The notes beneath the pieces were generated by a model. The model was not told the origin of the DNA. It was given only the letters and a program-made list of their open reading frames with translations, and did no database searches. Shown here piece by piece: positions 51,265-62,686 of a stretch of 64,000 nucleotides of DNA. The translations under genes were made by a program, and so were the position numbers. Within the stretch, counting starts at the first letter, position 1, and each line of letters begins with the position of its first letter. Source of the DNA: Glaucostegus cemiculus (Eukaryota); assembly GCA_976551045.1 (NCBI GenBank), contig CDPCPM010000281.1, positions 1,922,001 through 1,986,000 of the forward strand, written 5' to 3'.

Positions 51265-51445
51265 CCTTGAGCCTATTTGTCTGAAATTGATGGAGTTTTA
51301 GACAGTAATGGAATGAAGAGAACTGGGGAATTGGGCAAGAGCGTGGAGTTGAGATGGAGGATCTGGCATCATCTAATTGGAAGTGAGGCAGGTTTTGCAA
51401 GGTGCATGGCCCACTGCAGCTTTTTCTTACGTTCTATATTGTTAT
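51265..51445 (+). mobile_element. CR1 3' UTR and tail
   Basis: GAAATTGATGGAGTTTTAGAC...GTGGAGTTGAG...GCAGG...ATGGCCCACTGC...TTCTTACGTTCT. Confidence 0.65.
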
Positions 51446-53109
51446 ATCAGGACAGCTGATAAACGACTAGCTGTCTTATGCCTTGACTTCCAAATTTATT
51501 GCTGTAAAGCTTGTTTCTTTCAATACAGAAACTGACAGTGGCAAATTCTGTAAAATCCCACTGAAGCTCCAGTACATTTCCCTTGCACTTTCTCCCAGCA
51601 ATGGTCAGCAAAATTGCTCTTGCATGAGGTGTTCTGTGTTTGATGGCTCTTTGTAAATTTCATGTGCCAGCTGGGTCAAATGGAAATGGCTTAGAACAGT
51701 AAAACATGACACAGAAGGGAGCCATTTGGTCCATTACCTGTAGTATTTCTTTGTTGAAATAATCTTGTTGAGAATCCAATAGCCTTCTTCTATCCTACCG
51801 GTGCAATTTATCTCAGATCTCTTAACTTTTTAACTTCTCCCTGAGTCAGAATATCCTGCACTTTGTGTAGAATCCAGGGTTAGGTGTGTGGTTCCAGATT
51901 TTGCTCTCTTGTGGGGGGATAGGTACTGTGATCGCTCAATTCCATATAACCACATGCATGGTCAAACAAACCATTTTTATTAATAAAGCCTCGGATGAAA
52001 TAAATCTCCATCGGTTCTTTTCACTGTTGATGTTATAGTAAAATAAATTCTTCTTGAGGTTGTCTGTTTTACCTAACAAAATTTTTGATATTAGCATTTC
52101 AGTGCCACCAGAATTAATGAATGTTGATTGGATAAATAGAATTTGCTATGTTTCATTTCAAAATTAGCCTCTGTCTTGGAGATCTCTTTAGAGGGCAGCC
52201 AAATAAGGCCTGAAGCAGTCATTTGGTTATCTTTGAATGTAGGAGAGGTCTGCAGTTATTGACAGCCATGTTCTCAGATGTGAAGATGGTATGGAATTAA
52301 GTCTTGCCATACAATTACAAAATATTGTTGCTGTCCTTTGTAGTTGCAATGACTTGGTGCATTTTCAAACTTTCAATGGTGCTCAACTCTCCCAATGGGC
52401 ATAACAAATATTTGCTTAATTCTTTGCTAGAAAGGTTGAAGAACATTGAAGAACGTTGCCCAGATTAGTTGTTAATGATTACAATGTCTTTTCCACAGAA
52501 AAATTTACTTCACTTTCATTAAGACTCCATTTCCAGAAATTATTGTGGAGGCTTCTTATTCTGGCAGGAGTGATGGCGATGTTGCCAGAAATGCTATAAA
52601 GCTTATTTCCTGCCCCTTGCTGATTAAACTGGCTGCTTATCTATTTCGAGAAGTTTCTATTTGCCCTTTCAAGGAAAGAGGTGGGGAAGAAATAACTGTA
52701 ACCTGAGATTTTGTATGAAATGATTTTGAAAAATATTGGAAAAAAAATAGACTGAAATCTGTGCAGAGGACTCGGTTTGGGACAAAAAAAGTTGTCACTG
52801 ACAGATGGTAACTGTCCTTGAGTGAAATTAATAGTGTCCCTGCAGTTCTCCATAGACATCAATCTGCAGCATGAATCTGCCCCCAAGTTCAGTATAGTTG
52901 GCACTAATTTAGTGCTCCTTATTCCAAGACACCAAGAGGATAGAAATGGAGGTGAGAATATTATCTTTACGTGTGTTTTATTGGTCAGAGCATAAACTGA
53001 AACCAACATAGGCTATGACATTTTGATAATAATAAGAATATGAAGAAATCAAATGGAAAGTGTGTACATCGTCTGCCAGCTGCTTTTAACTACTTTACCA
53101 TGACCTTCC

Positions 53110-53852
53110 ATCATAAGGGGAGACACTGTCTAAATAATTTCATTGAATTTTTTGAGAAATTGATTAAGTGTGCCAATGAGAGTAGTGCAGTTAGTGTAGT
53201 CAGCATGGACTTCATTAAGGTCTTTGATAAGATCCTATGTGGGATACTGATCCAAAAGATTAGAACTCGAGTTCTGGGGCAATTTGGCAAGTTAGCTAGG
53301 GGATAGGAGACGAAGGGTGATAGTTAAGAGTTGGTTTTGCAATTGAAAGCCTTTGATCAGTGGCGTATTACAGGGATTAGTGCTTGGACACTTGCTCATT
53401 GTTATATACATTAATGATCTGGATGTGAACAGAGGAGGTCTGATTAGTAAATTCACAGAATATATGAAGATTGGTGGCGGTGTTCATGGTGAGAAGAGTA
53501 TTCCTAAGGCTATGGTACAATGATACAAATGTTAGTAGGCTACGCCTGGAGAACTGTGAGCAGTTCTGGCTACTGCACTGTTACAATGGCAAGGATGCAG
53601 AGGAGATTCACCGTGATGTTGCAGGCTGGACCATTTCAGCTATGGACAAAGAATAGATAGGCTGGGTTTGTTTTCACTGGAGCAAGAAGGCAGAGGGTGA
53701 ACCTGATCTGCATACAAAATCATGAGGGACATCGGGTAAATAGTAGGAATTATTTCCCCGAGTAGAGGTGTATGTCTCCAGAGTATACACTTTAAAACGG
53801 GAGTTAGGAGATTTGGAGGCGATTTGAGAGGGAATTTTTTTCACCTGGAGGG
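53110..53852 (+). mobile_element. CR1 LINE reverse-transcriptase remnant
   Basis: ORF 53040-53306 KGRHCLNNFIEFFE...VVSMDFIKVFDKI. Downstream reads SGVLQGLVLG..L..IYINDLD and a mutated KFADDTKIG. Confidence 0.9.
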
Positions 53853-53854
53853 TG

Positions 53855-54345
53855 ACTGAAATTCTGGGGAGTGACTCGCCTCCTGACGCACCAAAATCTT
53901 TCTGTCAACAAGGCATAGGTCTGGATTATAATAGAATACTCTCTGCCTGCCTGAATGATCACAGTTCCAACTACCTTCCAGAAGCTCAACACTATTCAGA
54001 ACACAACAATATGCTTAAGTGGAACCCTTTCCCTTTTCACCATCCAGAGCATTCATTCTCTCCAACACTGGCACACACAGAATGCAGTGTTTGCCATCTA
54101 CAAAATGCACAACAGTTACTCACCTAGGCTACTTTAATAGCACTCAGCAAATCCATGACTTCTACCACCAAGAAGGACAAGGGAAGCAGGCATGTGGAAA
54201 CACCACCACCTGCAATTTCCTCTCCAAGTCACACATCACGCTGACCTGGAAATATACTGTTGTTCCTTCATTGTCGCTGGATCTATACACTGGAACTCCG
54301 TCCTCAATAGCACTGTGAAAGTACCTTCACCAGGACTGTAGTGGA
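53855..54345 (+). mobile_element. CR1/L2-group LINE 3' portion (YKAQVR family)
   Basis: ORF 53955-54137 PTTFQKLNTIQ...IYKMH; homologous to 45440-45860. Confidence 0.8.
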
Positions 54346-54399
54346 AGGGAGGGATTTCTCTCTAAATCCCTGAGGGATCTCTCCCTTCTTGAGGGATTT

Positions 54400-54553
54400 C
54401 TCACCACTCCCCTTCTCTTCTTCATACTGGTCATCTCCCCACTGCATTCTCAGCACTGATGTAGGGTTTCGACCCAAAATGTAGCTAATTCCTTTCTTCC
54501 CAGAAGGTGCAGCTCAACCCGTTGAGTTCCTCCAGCGGATTTTTTTTGTTGCA
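54400..54553 (+). mobile_element. Penelope-type terminal repeat with a degenerate hammerhead motif
   Basis: CTGATGTAGGGTTTCGACCCAAAATGTA...AACCCGTTGAGTTCCTCCAGCGGATT. Confidence 0.75.
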
Positions 54554-54792
54554 AATAAATAAAGAAATCTTGCTAAGCATGGTAAAATTGTCACCAAAGT
54601 TGATCTGAAAGTGAAAATGACCATAATTGTTATTTTGGAAGAAGTTATTCTTCTAAAGGGAGAGCAAGATGTTGCAAATTTAGGACCTCCACCAGCATCA
54701 AGGTGAATTATTTTTATAATGGTTGCCATTTTTCAAACAAACACAGCAGCCAATTTGTCATTGTGAGGTCTTGGAAACGAGATGTGTAACTA

Positions 54793-55113
54793 GTATTGGT
54801 TTATTATTGTCACTTGTACCGAGGTACAGTGAAAATCTTGTCTTGTATACGCATTGTACAGGTCAATTCATTACACAGTGCAGTTACATTGAGTTAGTAC
54901 AGAGTGCATTGAGGTAGTAAAGGTAAAAACAATAACAATACAGAGCAAAGTGCCACAGCTACAGAGAAGATGCAGTGCAATAATGTGTAAGGTCACAACA
55001 AGGTAGATCATGAGGGCAGAGTCTATCTCATCGTATGAGGGAACTGTTCTATAGTCTTATCACATGGGTAGAAGCTTTCCTTAAGCCTGGTGGTACGTGC
55101 CCTCAGGCTCCTG
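54793..55113 (-). mobile_element. Rex1/Babar-type LINE 3' end (ORF C-terminus and UTR)
   Basis: Minus strand encodes RSLRARTTRLKESFYP, then after a frameshift VIRL, matching the Rex1 RTTRLxxSFxPxxIRLLN C-terminus. Confidence 0.85.
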
Positions 55114-55609
55114 ATGTTTTGGCGATGGTGTTACAGTGCAGTCTGAATAATGCCATGGGGTCTTTTATGTTCAGTTCTAGAACTGGGATGACACACTTAC
55201 TTGGCTTTAAACTGAGGATATCCTAAATGGGATGAATTAGAACAGATCTGGCAGCTATAAACTGGACATCCGTGAGATTCTCTGGGTCTGGACCTTCAGC
55301 ACTGGCAGAAATATACACCAACACATCAGTAACCTCACAACCTAGTACATCCTATACTCTACCATGATGATCAAGCCAGGAGATGGGCACTCAGTGTTAG
55401 CCTCACAGTGATTCCCACATTCCACGATAAAAAAAGCATAAAGTTGGCAAAGCTCCCATGACCTTGAGTTTGATGTTTCCAAAGAACATGCAACCCTTTT
55501 CATAGTCTTTGTCTAGAATCCACCATTTTTCAATCTGAATACATTTTCTGAGTAACCTTTTAAAAAAAATTGCTTTATGATACAAGGATAGAAGCATTCA
55601 TGGAATTGT

Positions 55610-56220
55610 GAAGTAGTACAACATACAGGAAGACCATTCAGCCCATTGAGTTTGCACTGACTTTGGAAGAGCAATCCAGTTTGTCCAACTCCCTTGTTTT
55701 TCCTGTAATGAGGAAATTGCTTCTCCTTCAGGAATTTGTATATAATTCCTTTTTAAAGGCAAAAATTAAGTCTGCAGCTACCAGTCCATTGAAAATTACA
55801 TTAGCCACTTATTTCCTCATGTTTCTTCTGTTCCTTTTATAAAGCATTTTGAAATTGTGCCATTTGGTTAGCAACCATTTGGCTTTTGGAGACATTTTCC
55901 CTATGTTTCTTTATAAATTAATCCTTTGTGATTTTAACCATCTTTATAAATTATTTTAGCCTTATCTTTGTTAAGGAGAACAATTCGAGTTTCTCTGGAA
56001 TATCCACGTAACCACGATCTGTTATTTCTGGAGCTGTTTCAGTAAATTCCCTCAGTACCCGCTGCATGGCCTTAACATCTGTCCAAACTGCTGAGTCCAG
56101 TGTTGAACACTCGTTTAGCTTCAGCTGGAGTATTGTGTAGGTTTAGTGTTTATACTAAACCCACTTTATGCCTCAAGTCTATCCTGCCATTTAATAAGAT
56201 CCTGTTTCTCAAACCTGCTT
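55610..56220 (-). mobile_element. Old CR1 3' fragment
   Basis: Tail CAGGAAGACCATTCAGCCCATTGAG, then TAAGGAGAACAATTCGAGTTTCTC and GTAAATTCCCTC in antisense CR1 order. Confidence 0.6.
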
Positions 56221-56344
56221 CCTTGCTCGATCATTATATTCCCTTGGTTGTTTTAACATTCAAAATCCTTGGATATGCTTAATGGGGGAATTCACGTGGT
56301 CCTCTGGGTCAAAATTCCAAAGTTTTGTAACCTACTGACCAAAG

Positions 56345-56610
56345 ATTTTGCCTAGTTCTAGGGGGCATAATGTTAAAGTGATTGGGGGAAGATACAAGGG
56401 AGATGTCAGAGATTTGTTTTTTACTCAGATAGCGGTGGGTGTGTGGAACGCACTGCTGACAGAGGTTTTAGGGGCAGATACATTAGGGACATTTAAGAGA
56501 CTCGTAGATAGCCACATGAATGATAGAGAAATGATAGGGAAGGGTTAGATAGATCTTAGAGCAGATGGTGGGCCGAAGGGCCTGTACTGTGCTGTAGTGT
56601 TTTATGTTCT
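56345..56610 (+). mobile_element. HER1/CR1 LINE 3' end
   Basis: ORF 56348-56548 SRGHNVKVIGGRYKGDVR..FFTQ...VWNAL...FKRLVDSHM; tail GGGCCGAAGGGCCTGTACTGTGCTGT. Confidence 0.9.
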
Positions 56611-57104
56611 GGATTTCCATGCTGAAGGAAGAAGCCTTTTTATCATCCGGCCGATGAATTCCTTTCAGAATCTTCAATATCTCTCACCTGCCTTACCTTC
56701 GATATCTTTATGGCAACCATACATAATCAATAAACTTCTAATATTGATACTCAAGTATATCCAGGTCTCTGTTCTTGCAAAATGTAATTGCAGCATTTAG
56801 CTTGTATGATCTATTGTTTTTTTTTGTAGCAGTGATGTTATCTTTTTAGTTTCTGAATTGACATTTTTCCACAGTGTTGACCCAACTTCAAATCTTGTGC
56901 CTTTGCCATTTTCCCCTATAACCCCAAGACCAAGTCAAAAGAAGCCATGAACTTTGTTCCCCAGGGTATAATTGGTGTCAATCACACTCTGGCCCACAGA
57001 ACAGGCATTTAGCTCCACTGTTATTATCAGCTTGGCTAAACTTGTACTGGTACTATTATTGTACTCTTTATCCTATTGATAGCCTTGCTAAAAAGCCCAA
57101 TAAG

Positions 57105-57205
57105 TGGTAGCAGAAAGCAAACCGCTGGAGGAACTCAGGAGGTCAAACAGTATCTGTGGAGGGAGATGGATTGTCAATGCTTTAGGTCAAGACTCTTCAT
57201 CTGGT
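57105..57205 (-). mobile_element. Penelope-type terminal repeat remnant
   Basis: GCTGGAGGAACTCAG...ATCTGTGGAGGG...TTGTCAATGCTTTAGGTCAAGACTCTTCATC. Confidence 0.7.
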
Positions 57206-57429
57206 TCTGAAGTAAATTGAAGTTTAATTGTTTCTGGAGGTTTACATCTCATTATAAATATTTGACTCTACCTTGCCTCAGAAGTTGCTATTAACTAAGA
57301 GTGGGAGTAAAGTTGATGGGACAGCTTTTCAGGAATCTGCTCTAGCTTCAATAAAGCCTGTTATATGGCTATGAATGTCAATCATGTCACACTTAACACA
57401 CAGAATTGTAATTTTAACATGTATCAAGG

Positions 57430-57740
57430 GAAGTGCAGTATTGTTGGAGTGATACACTGTTGGGGCAGATTAAACATCAAACCATATCAATCTGTTGAAG
57501 TGGATATAGCATACAGTATGAGGGTTCAAATAGAGATTAGTCTTTTAGCCAACATTTATCCTTCAACTAGTATAATCAAAATCTGGGTGAAATTGCCATT
57601 TATCATATTTGCTATTTTCGGGTGTTGCCTATATCTGATTTGACGACTGCATTTTATTGCACACCTGCTCGTCAAAAGTAGTTTATCTCCTGTGAAACGT
57701 TGGATCTTTCTGAGATTGTGAAAAGTATAGTGAATGTCTC
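57430..57740 (+). mobile_element. Deu-domain SINE remnant
   Basis: GCAGTATTGTTGGAG...GCCAACATTTATCCTTCAAC...GTGAAACGTTGG...TGAGATTGTGAAAAG. Confidence 0.6.
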
Positions 57741-60700
57741 TCTTTGAATTCTGAGAAATAATGTCAATGAAGGTATTTAAAGTGACTATTTGGGAGTTGG
57801 CTCAATGAACAACCTACAGTTAGATTGTCCAACAAATTTTTAGCGAGTTATCTCTTCAGTGTGGATTGTCTTCTTCTGTTGCTTTGTGTCCTTAAAAAGT
57901 ACAAGTGATGAACACTTCCCAGAGCCACCATCGTCATCTGCAAGGATACCTATTTACCCATTTAGACTTTATTCTTTAAATCAAACAGTGGCAGGAAAGG
58001 CTTGTCCAGGAACGTGAGCTGCAGTGCTTATGAAAAATGTCCTCTTCCAACCACCTTTGGACATAAGGCAGCCTGATGACTGCCAATTGACTAGCCAAGT
58101 TCTGTGGATTAGAATGCATTTAAACAGATGATCAGTAAATAATAAAAAAAATCTTATTCCCTTTTTATCAAAAACTAAAAATTAGTGTTTGACTCCATTA
58201 GATCTTCTAAGTATGAAGAGGTATAAGAGTGAAAAATTAAGTTAACTGCAATTTTCAAAGCAGATTATGCACAATGTTCTACATCTACATGGGTTTACTG
58301 TTGGTGATTTGAAAAGCCAGAGGATGATTATTTGCACTGGAGACAAAATTTCAGTTTCAATAATTTTTCTTTGTGTCAGCCTTTCAAAATCCAGAGTTGT
58401 CAGTGACTCGAGCAGAATTTTCCCCCTTTTGCTTTGTTTCCTTTCCTGTTCTGCAGCACTTGAACATCAATGGTCCTCGTTTGACTGGTTAAGTGGTCAA
58501 TTCACTTGAAGCATGAATTGCTATTTACATGGGTGATTCCCAAATGGCAAATTTCTGTCAGTAAGGGTAGGGACATGGACTGACTGGTACCACAGAACAC
58601 TGAAAATGCTTTCTGTTATGGTAAAATAAATAAATTTAATAGACCTGTTTCCAATCCATCAATGCAATCTGGTAATTTCCAATAAACAATAAAATCAAAA
58701 ATAATGATCATCTAGTTTGTTACTAAGAAGAGCAGTGCCACTGCAAATTAAGTATGTTAATAGCATATTAGTAAGCTAAGACCTAATTTAGTCATGTCCT
58801 TCCATAGATCTTTAAGATTGCTTTAAAAATCCAATGGTGCATATTTGTGTTACTTACACACGCAAAACAAGAGGGTGAGTCAGAAGGTATTAAATTACCC
58901 AGACATAGCAGTGAATTAACCCTGCCTTTCTTTCCACTGACCATTGTGGGGAACTGCTGAACCTGGTAGGACCTTACATACTGAGGCCTGTCAAGGAAAT
59001 GCCAATGGGATTTGTTGAGAAAGCACTGAGAGCATCTGTAAATATTCCACACAGGCCTTTTTGACAGGTTTTGCTTCATCAAGTAAATGCAATGTCAAAA
59101 TCTTTCTGCCAAATCTGTAGAGTCATTTTAACGTGCTTCAGACAATGGTTTCTATGTACACAGGAGAACGAGCCATTTCTCTTGTCTGATTTCAAGAGAG
59201 GAGCAGAAATACTCCAATAAATCCATAATTCACATTTAGCCCACAATTTTATTTTCAAAATAATTTTTGAGAGAATAGGAAGAATTTCAGACATCAAAGC
59301 AGCAATAAAAATATTGTCGAATGTAAAACTAATCTCACTTATCGACCTTGTATGGTAATATTTCTGCAATAATAAATCTGGCATTCACCCAGATAATTGA
59401 ATATATATTTTTTCAAAGCTTTTATTGTCTGGGGAAGGAATTTAATTATTAAAACAGAAAACTAAAGTATTCAGAAAAAAATATTGTTAGACCCCTTGTG
59501 AAGCAAGAAATAGTGTTGCTTCTATGCCTGTGGCCAAATGTCTGGTGAAGTCATTGCATTGGGAATTTGTTAAACATTGATGTTAAACATAGGGATTCCT
59601 ATTCCTTGCTTTTGCATAATGATTCTGAGTCTGGTTGTGCAGCTGAGAAAATTCATTTGAACAGATCAGGTATTTGTTTTCTGTTGAACAGTCACAGGTG
59701 TTGATAATGTACAAAACTATAACATGCAACATGGTATGTATTTCCAAACTTTTGGAAGGTCTGGAAGTACATATACCACATTTTCTGGAAGGGATGGCCA
59801 TTTTCGACCACCCAAAAAAATCCTTCCAATCCAAATGGTGACACATTAACATGCTGTGTTTACCAATGAATAGCCAAGGTATAGCTAAAGCTTTTTGTAG
59901 CATTAATTTCAGGTTTAGTTTGTGCTGTTGGGAAGTTTCCATTAAGAAGGATTCTAAAGCAGTAATAGAGAATGAAACTCCTTCCTCTTGGATCATATTG
60001 ACATTTGAGAGGTCCCAAGTCTGTGCAAAGTTGGCAGAAAATTCCATTCTCACTGTCTCAGCAATATCTCTTTACCTTGGCTTCATGAGAATTCTCACTC
60101 GTAAATGTCATGCAAGAAGCTATCAAGAGGATGTCACTTGCATGAAATTATCAAGAGGATGCCACTTTATGCTTTGATTTAAAGAGTGGGGCATCCAGAT
60201 GTACTGAAACTTCCTTGGGAATAATGAATGTGCAATGGGAAGTATTAATCCTCAGCCTCGATTGCCACACACACACTGATGCAGTCTATGCCAGACAACC
60301 TCAAGTTGAGGCCAAGCTTGTATATATGCAAATCCTTTGTTCCTTTAAAATATATGTTTAGCAAATAGAGCCCTGCTTCATTGCACAGCATTTCAATATT
60401 TTGTGAAGAAAGGTTAATCTGAATAAAAATAAAACACATCTATCATTGTTACATTTCATTCCTTTGAAATGTTGCAAAGCACTTATTATTTTTAATAAAT
60501 TTAATTTATAAAATAATAGTAACTCTGCAGAGATTTGCCAGCAGGAAGGAACAATAAAAAACAATCAGCTGGAATCGGCTACAAAAGTACTGGGAGACCA
60601 GCAACACTTTAGAGTTGCTTTGTGAGGTTATATGCAATCATAAATTACAAATGCTTTTGTTTTGTGGTGTTTAGGAACAATTAGACATTATAATTACCTG

Positions 60701-61249
60701 ATTAATTGGCAGTATTTTGTCAGTCTGGATTTCAGATTTTTAATAAACTTGGTTGTTTTGGGAATTTTAGCTTCCAGTATAATTTTCAAAGACCAGTTTA
60801 ATTTGGTTTATCTGATAGAAAAGACAAATCTAAATCCATCTCCTTTTCAGAAAATAAATTTATACTTTGTTAAAGACTGGAATAAATCTAATTCTGTGTT
60901 GAAAATGAGCAGGCTATAGGAGAAAGCACTCGTTGGAATGTGCAAGGTTGATTTGCATATTCAGATTTTAGATTTTGGGGTAATAAGGTTTTAATACCTA
61001 ATTATTAGTTGCATGCTATTATAGTTTCATTGTGTATGCCTTTCCCTATTTGCCAAAAGTTTGGATAATAAATGTTCAAGGCAGCCAGCAATCTCTTGGA
61101 ATTGATCATGTAACAATCTGACGAGTTAATCCTGACACATCACCTCATGTTAGCCCTCTCATGAATGCTCATTCACTGTTGGTAGAGGGATTTTTCAGTG
61201 TTTCCCTCTAAATTTTCAAAATAATTTGACTGTTTTACAGAGGAGCCCA

Positions 61250-61620
61250 CATATAAGAGGAGATTCATGAGGATATTGCCAGGGCTGAAGAGTTTTAGCT
61301 TTGGTATGGTTGCTTCCTTTGGAATGAATGAAGCTGAAGGGAGATTTAATCAAGCAGTGTAAAACTGGAAACTCAAGACATGTGATCGAGAGGTAGATTT
61401 TACAGGTCATTAACCAGATTTAATGTGAGTGGTAGATGTATGAGGTGTTGAAGGAAACATTTTTCACCTGAAAAATGTGGGCTTCTGGAGCTAGCTACCT
61501 AAAATAGTGGCAGAGGCTGAACCCTAAATACATTTCAATTATGCCTCGATGACTATTTGGTGCTGTAACCTGCAAGGCTGCACACCTGCAGCTGGAAGAT
61601 AGAATGGCTCCTTTTCTGTT
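61250..61620 (+). mobile_element. Old CR1 3' fragment
   Basis: GAGATTCATGAGGATATTGCCAGGG (RFxRxxPG), AAGCTGAAGGGAGATTTAAT (LxGDLI), ACATTTTTCACC. Confidence 0.7.
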
Positions 61621-61624
61621 TGAA

Positions 61625-61748
61625 AATCAAAAACCTGCAGATGCTGGAAATCTGAAATAAAACCAGAAAGTGCTAGAAACACCTAACAACCCAGGCAGCA
61701 TCTGTAGAAAGAGAAACAGAGTTAATGTCTCAGGTTGAAGACCCCACA
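61625..61748 (-). mobile_element. Penelope-type terminal repeat remnant
   Basis: CTGCAGATGCTGGAAATCTGAAATAAAACCAGAAAGTGCT...CAGGCAGCATCTGTAGAAAGAGAAACAGAGTTAATGTCTCAGGTTGAAGACCC. Confidence 0.8.
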
Positions 61749-61949
61749 GCTCCTTGTATTTTGTTGTCAAATAGCCATCATGAATAGTATGGAAGACCCT
61801 TTGCAAAATCTGCTTTATTAAATAGTGGAAATAATATTCTAAATACTAGGGAAGGTAAACTAGGGAAAAAGTTGATTTATAAATTATTTCTTGAAGAAAG
61901 GATGTTTTTTCTGTTCACAAGGTAAAGGCAAATAAGATCATTGCTTCCT

Positions 61950-62175
61950 GCATTTTTCCCTTCAAGTGCTTTGGCTTGGAAACACATTTCCATTCCCTCG
62001 TTGCAGCTGGGTATGAATCCTGGAATGCCCCAGCTGACAGCACTGTGGGGGTACATTGACCAGGAGGACTGCAGCAGTTCAATTAAGTAGCTCACCACCA
62101 TGATCTCAAGGACAACTGAGGATGGGCAATGAATGTTGGACTTGTCAGCAATGCACAGATACTGAAAAATGGATT
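61950..62175 (+). mobile_element. 3' end of the YKAQVR-family LINE
   Basis: ATCCTGGAATGCCC...CAGCACTGTGGGGGTAC...GGACTGCAGCAGTTCAA...GCTCACCACCATGATCTCAAGG...GATGGGCAAT. Confidence 0.75.
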
Positions 62176-62594
62176 AAAATAATATTTCAAATCTCTAAAC
62201 TGCAAAGGAGCCACCAGATGGTGAGATTCTGGGGAATTCATCCTGGCCAAACTGTACCCAGCAAACTGAGTCTTCCCTGGTTCTGGGCTAAAGGATTTCA
62301 CTGAAGTTGACCTTTTAGGAGAGGTTTGCAATAAGTGTGCTCCTATTGAAAGGGTTGAAAGCTTGCTTTTTGTCAGTCATCAGTTCCTTTGGTGCAGGCT
62401 TGGCTCAGCCAGTCCCATTCCTGCTTCTGATTCAAAACATTCTGCATCTACCTTCACCTTCTTATGTTGCTGTCAGACAACTGCTTTGTTCTCTGTGCTA
62501 TCATCCTGCAGGCGAGCATCAAATGGCTGGATGTTAAAATTTCAATGTTTAAAGAAGGGCAGGGATTCTCCCAGTTCCTCACCATAGTGACAGC

Positions 62595-62686
62595 TATGTG
62601 CTTGTGATGCTGCTGCAAGTAAGATTTTCATTGCAGTTGTGCATACATGTACTCGTGCACATGACAATAAACTCGACTTTGACTTT
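62595..62686 (+). mobile_element. 3' tip of a Rex1-like LINE subfamily with (GACTTT)n tail
   Basis: AAGATTTTCATTGC...CACATGACAATAAACTCGACTTTGACTTT parallels the TTTCACTG..TGACAATAA..hexamer tail of the other Rex1 ends. Confidence 0.5.

Noticed and set aside
59583-60177. Overlapping 156-aa and 108-aa ORFs
   Set aside because: No recognisable homology or convincing splice signals; the lengths are compatible with chance.
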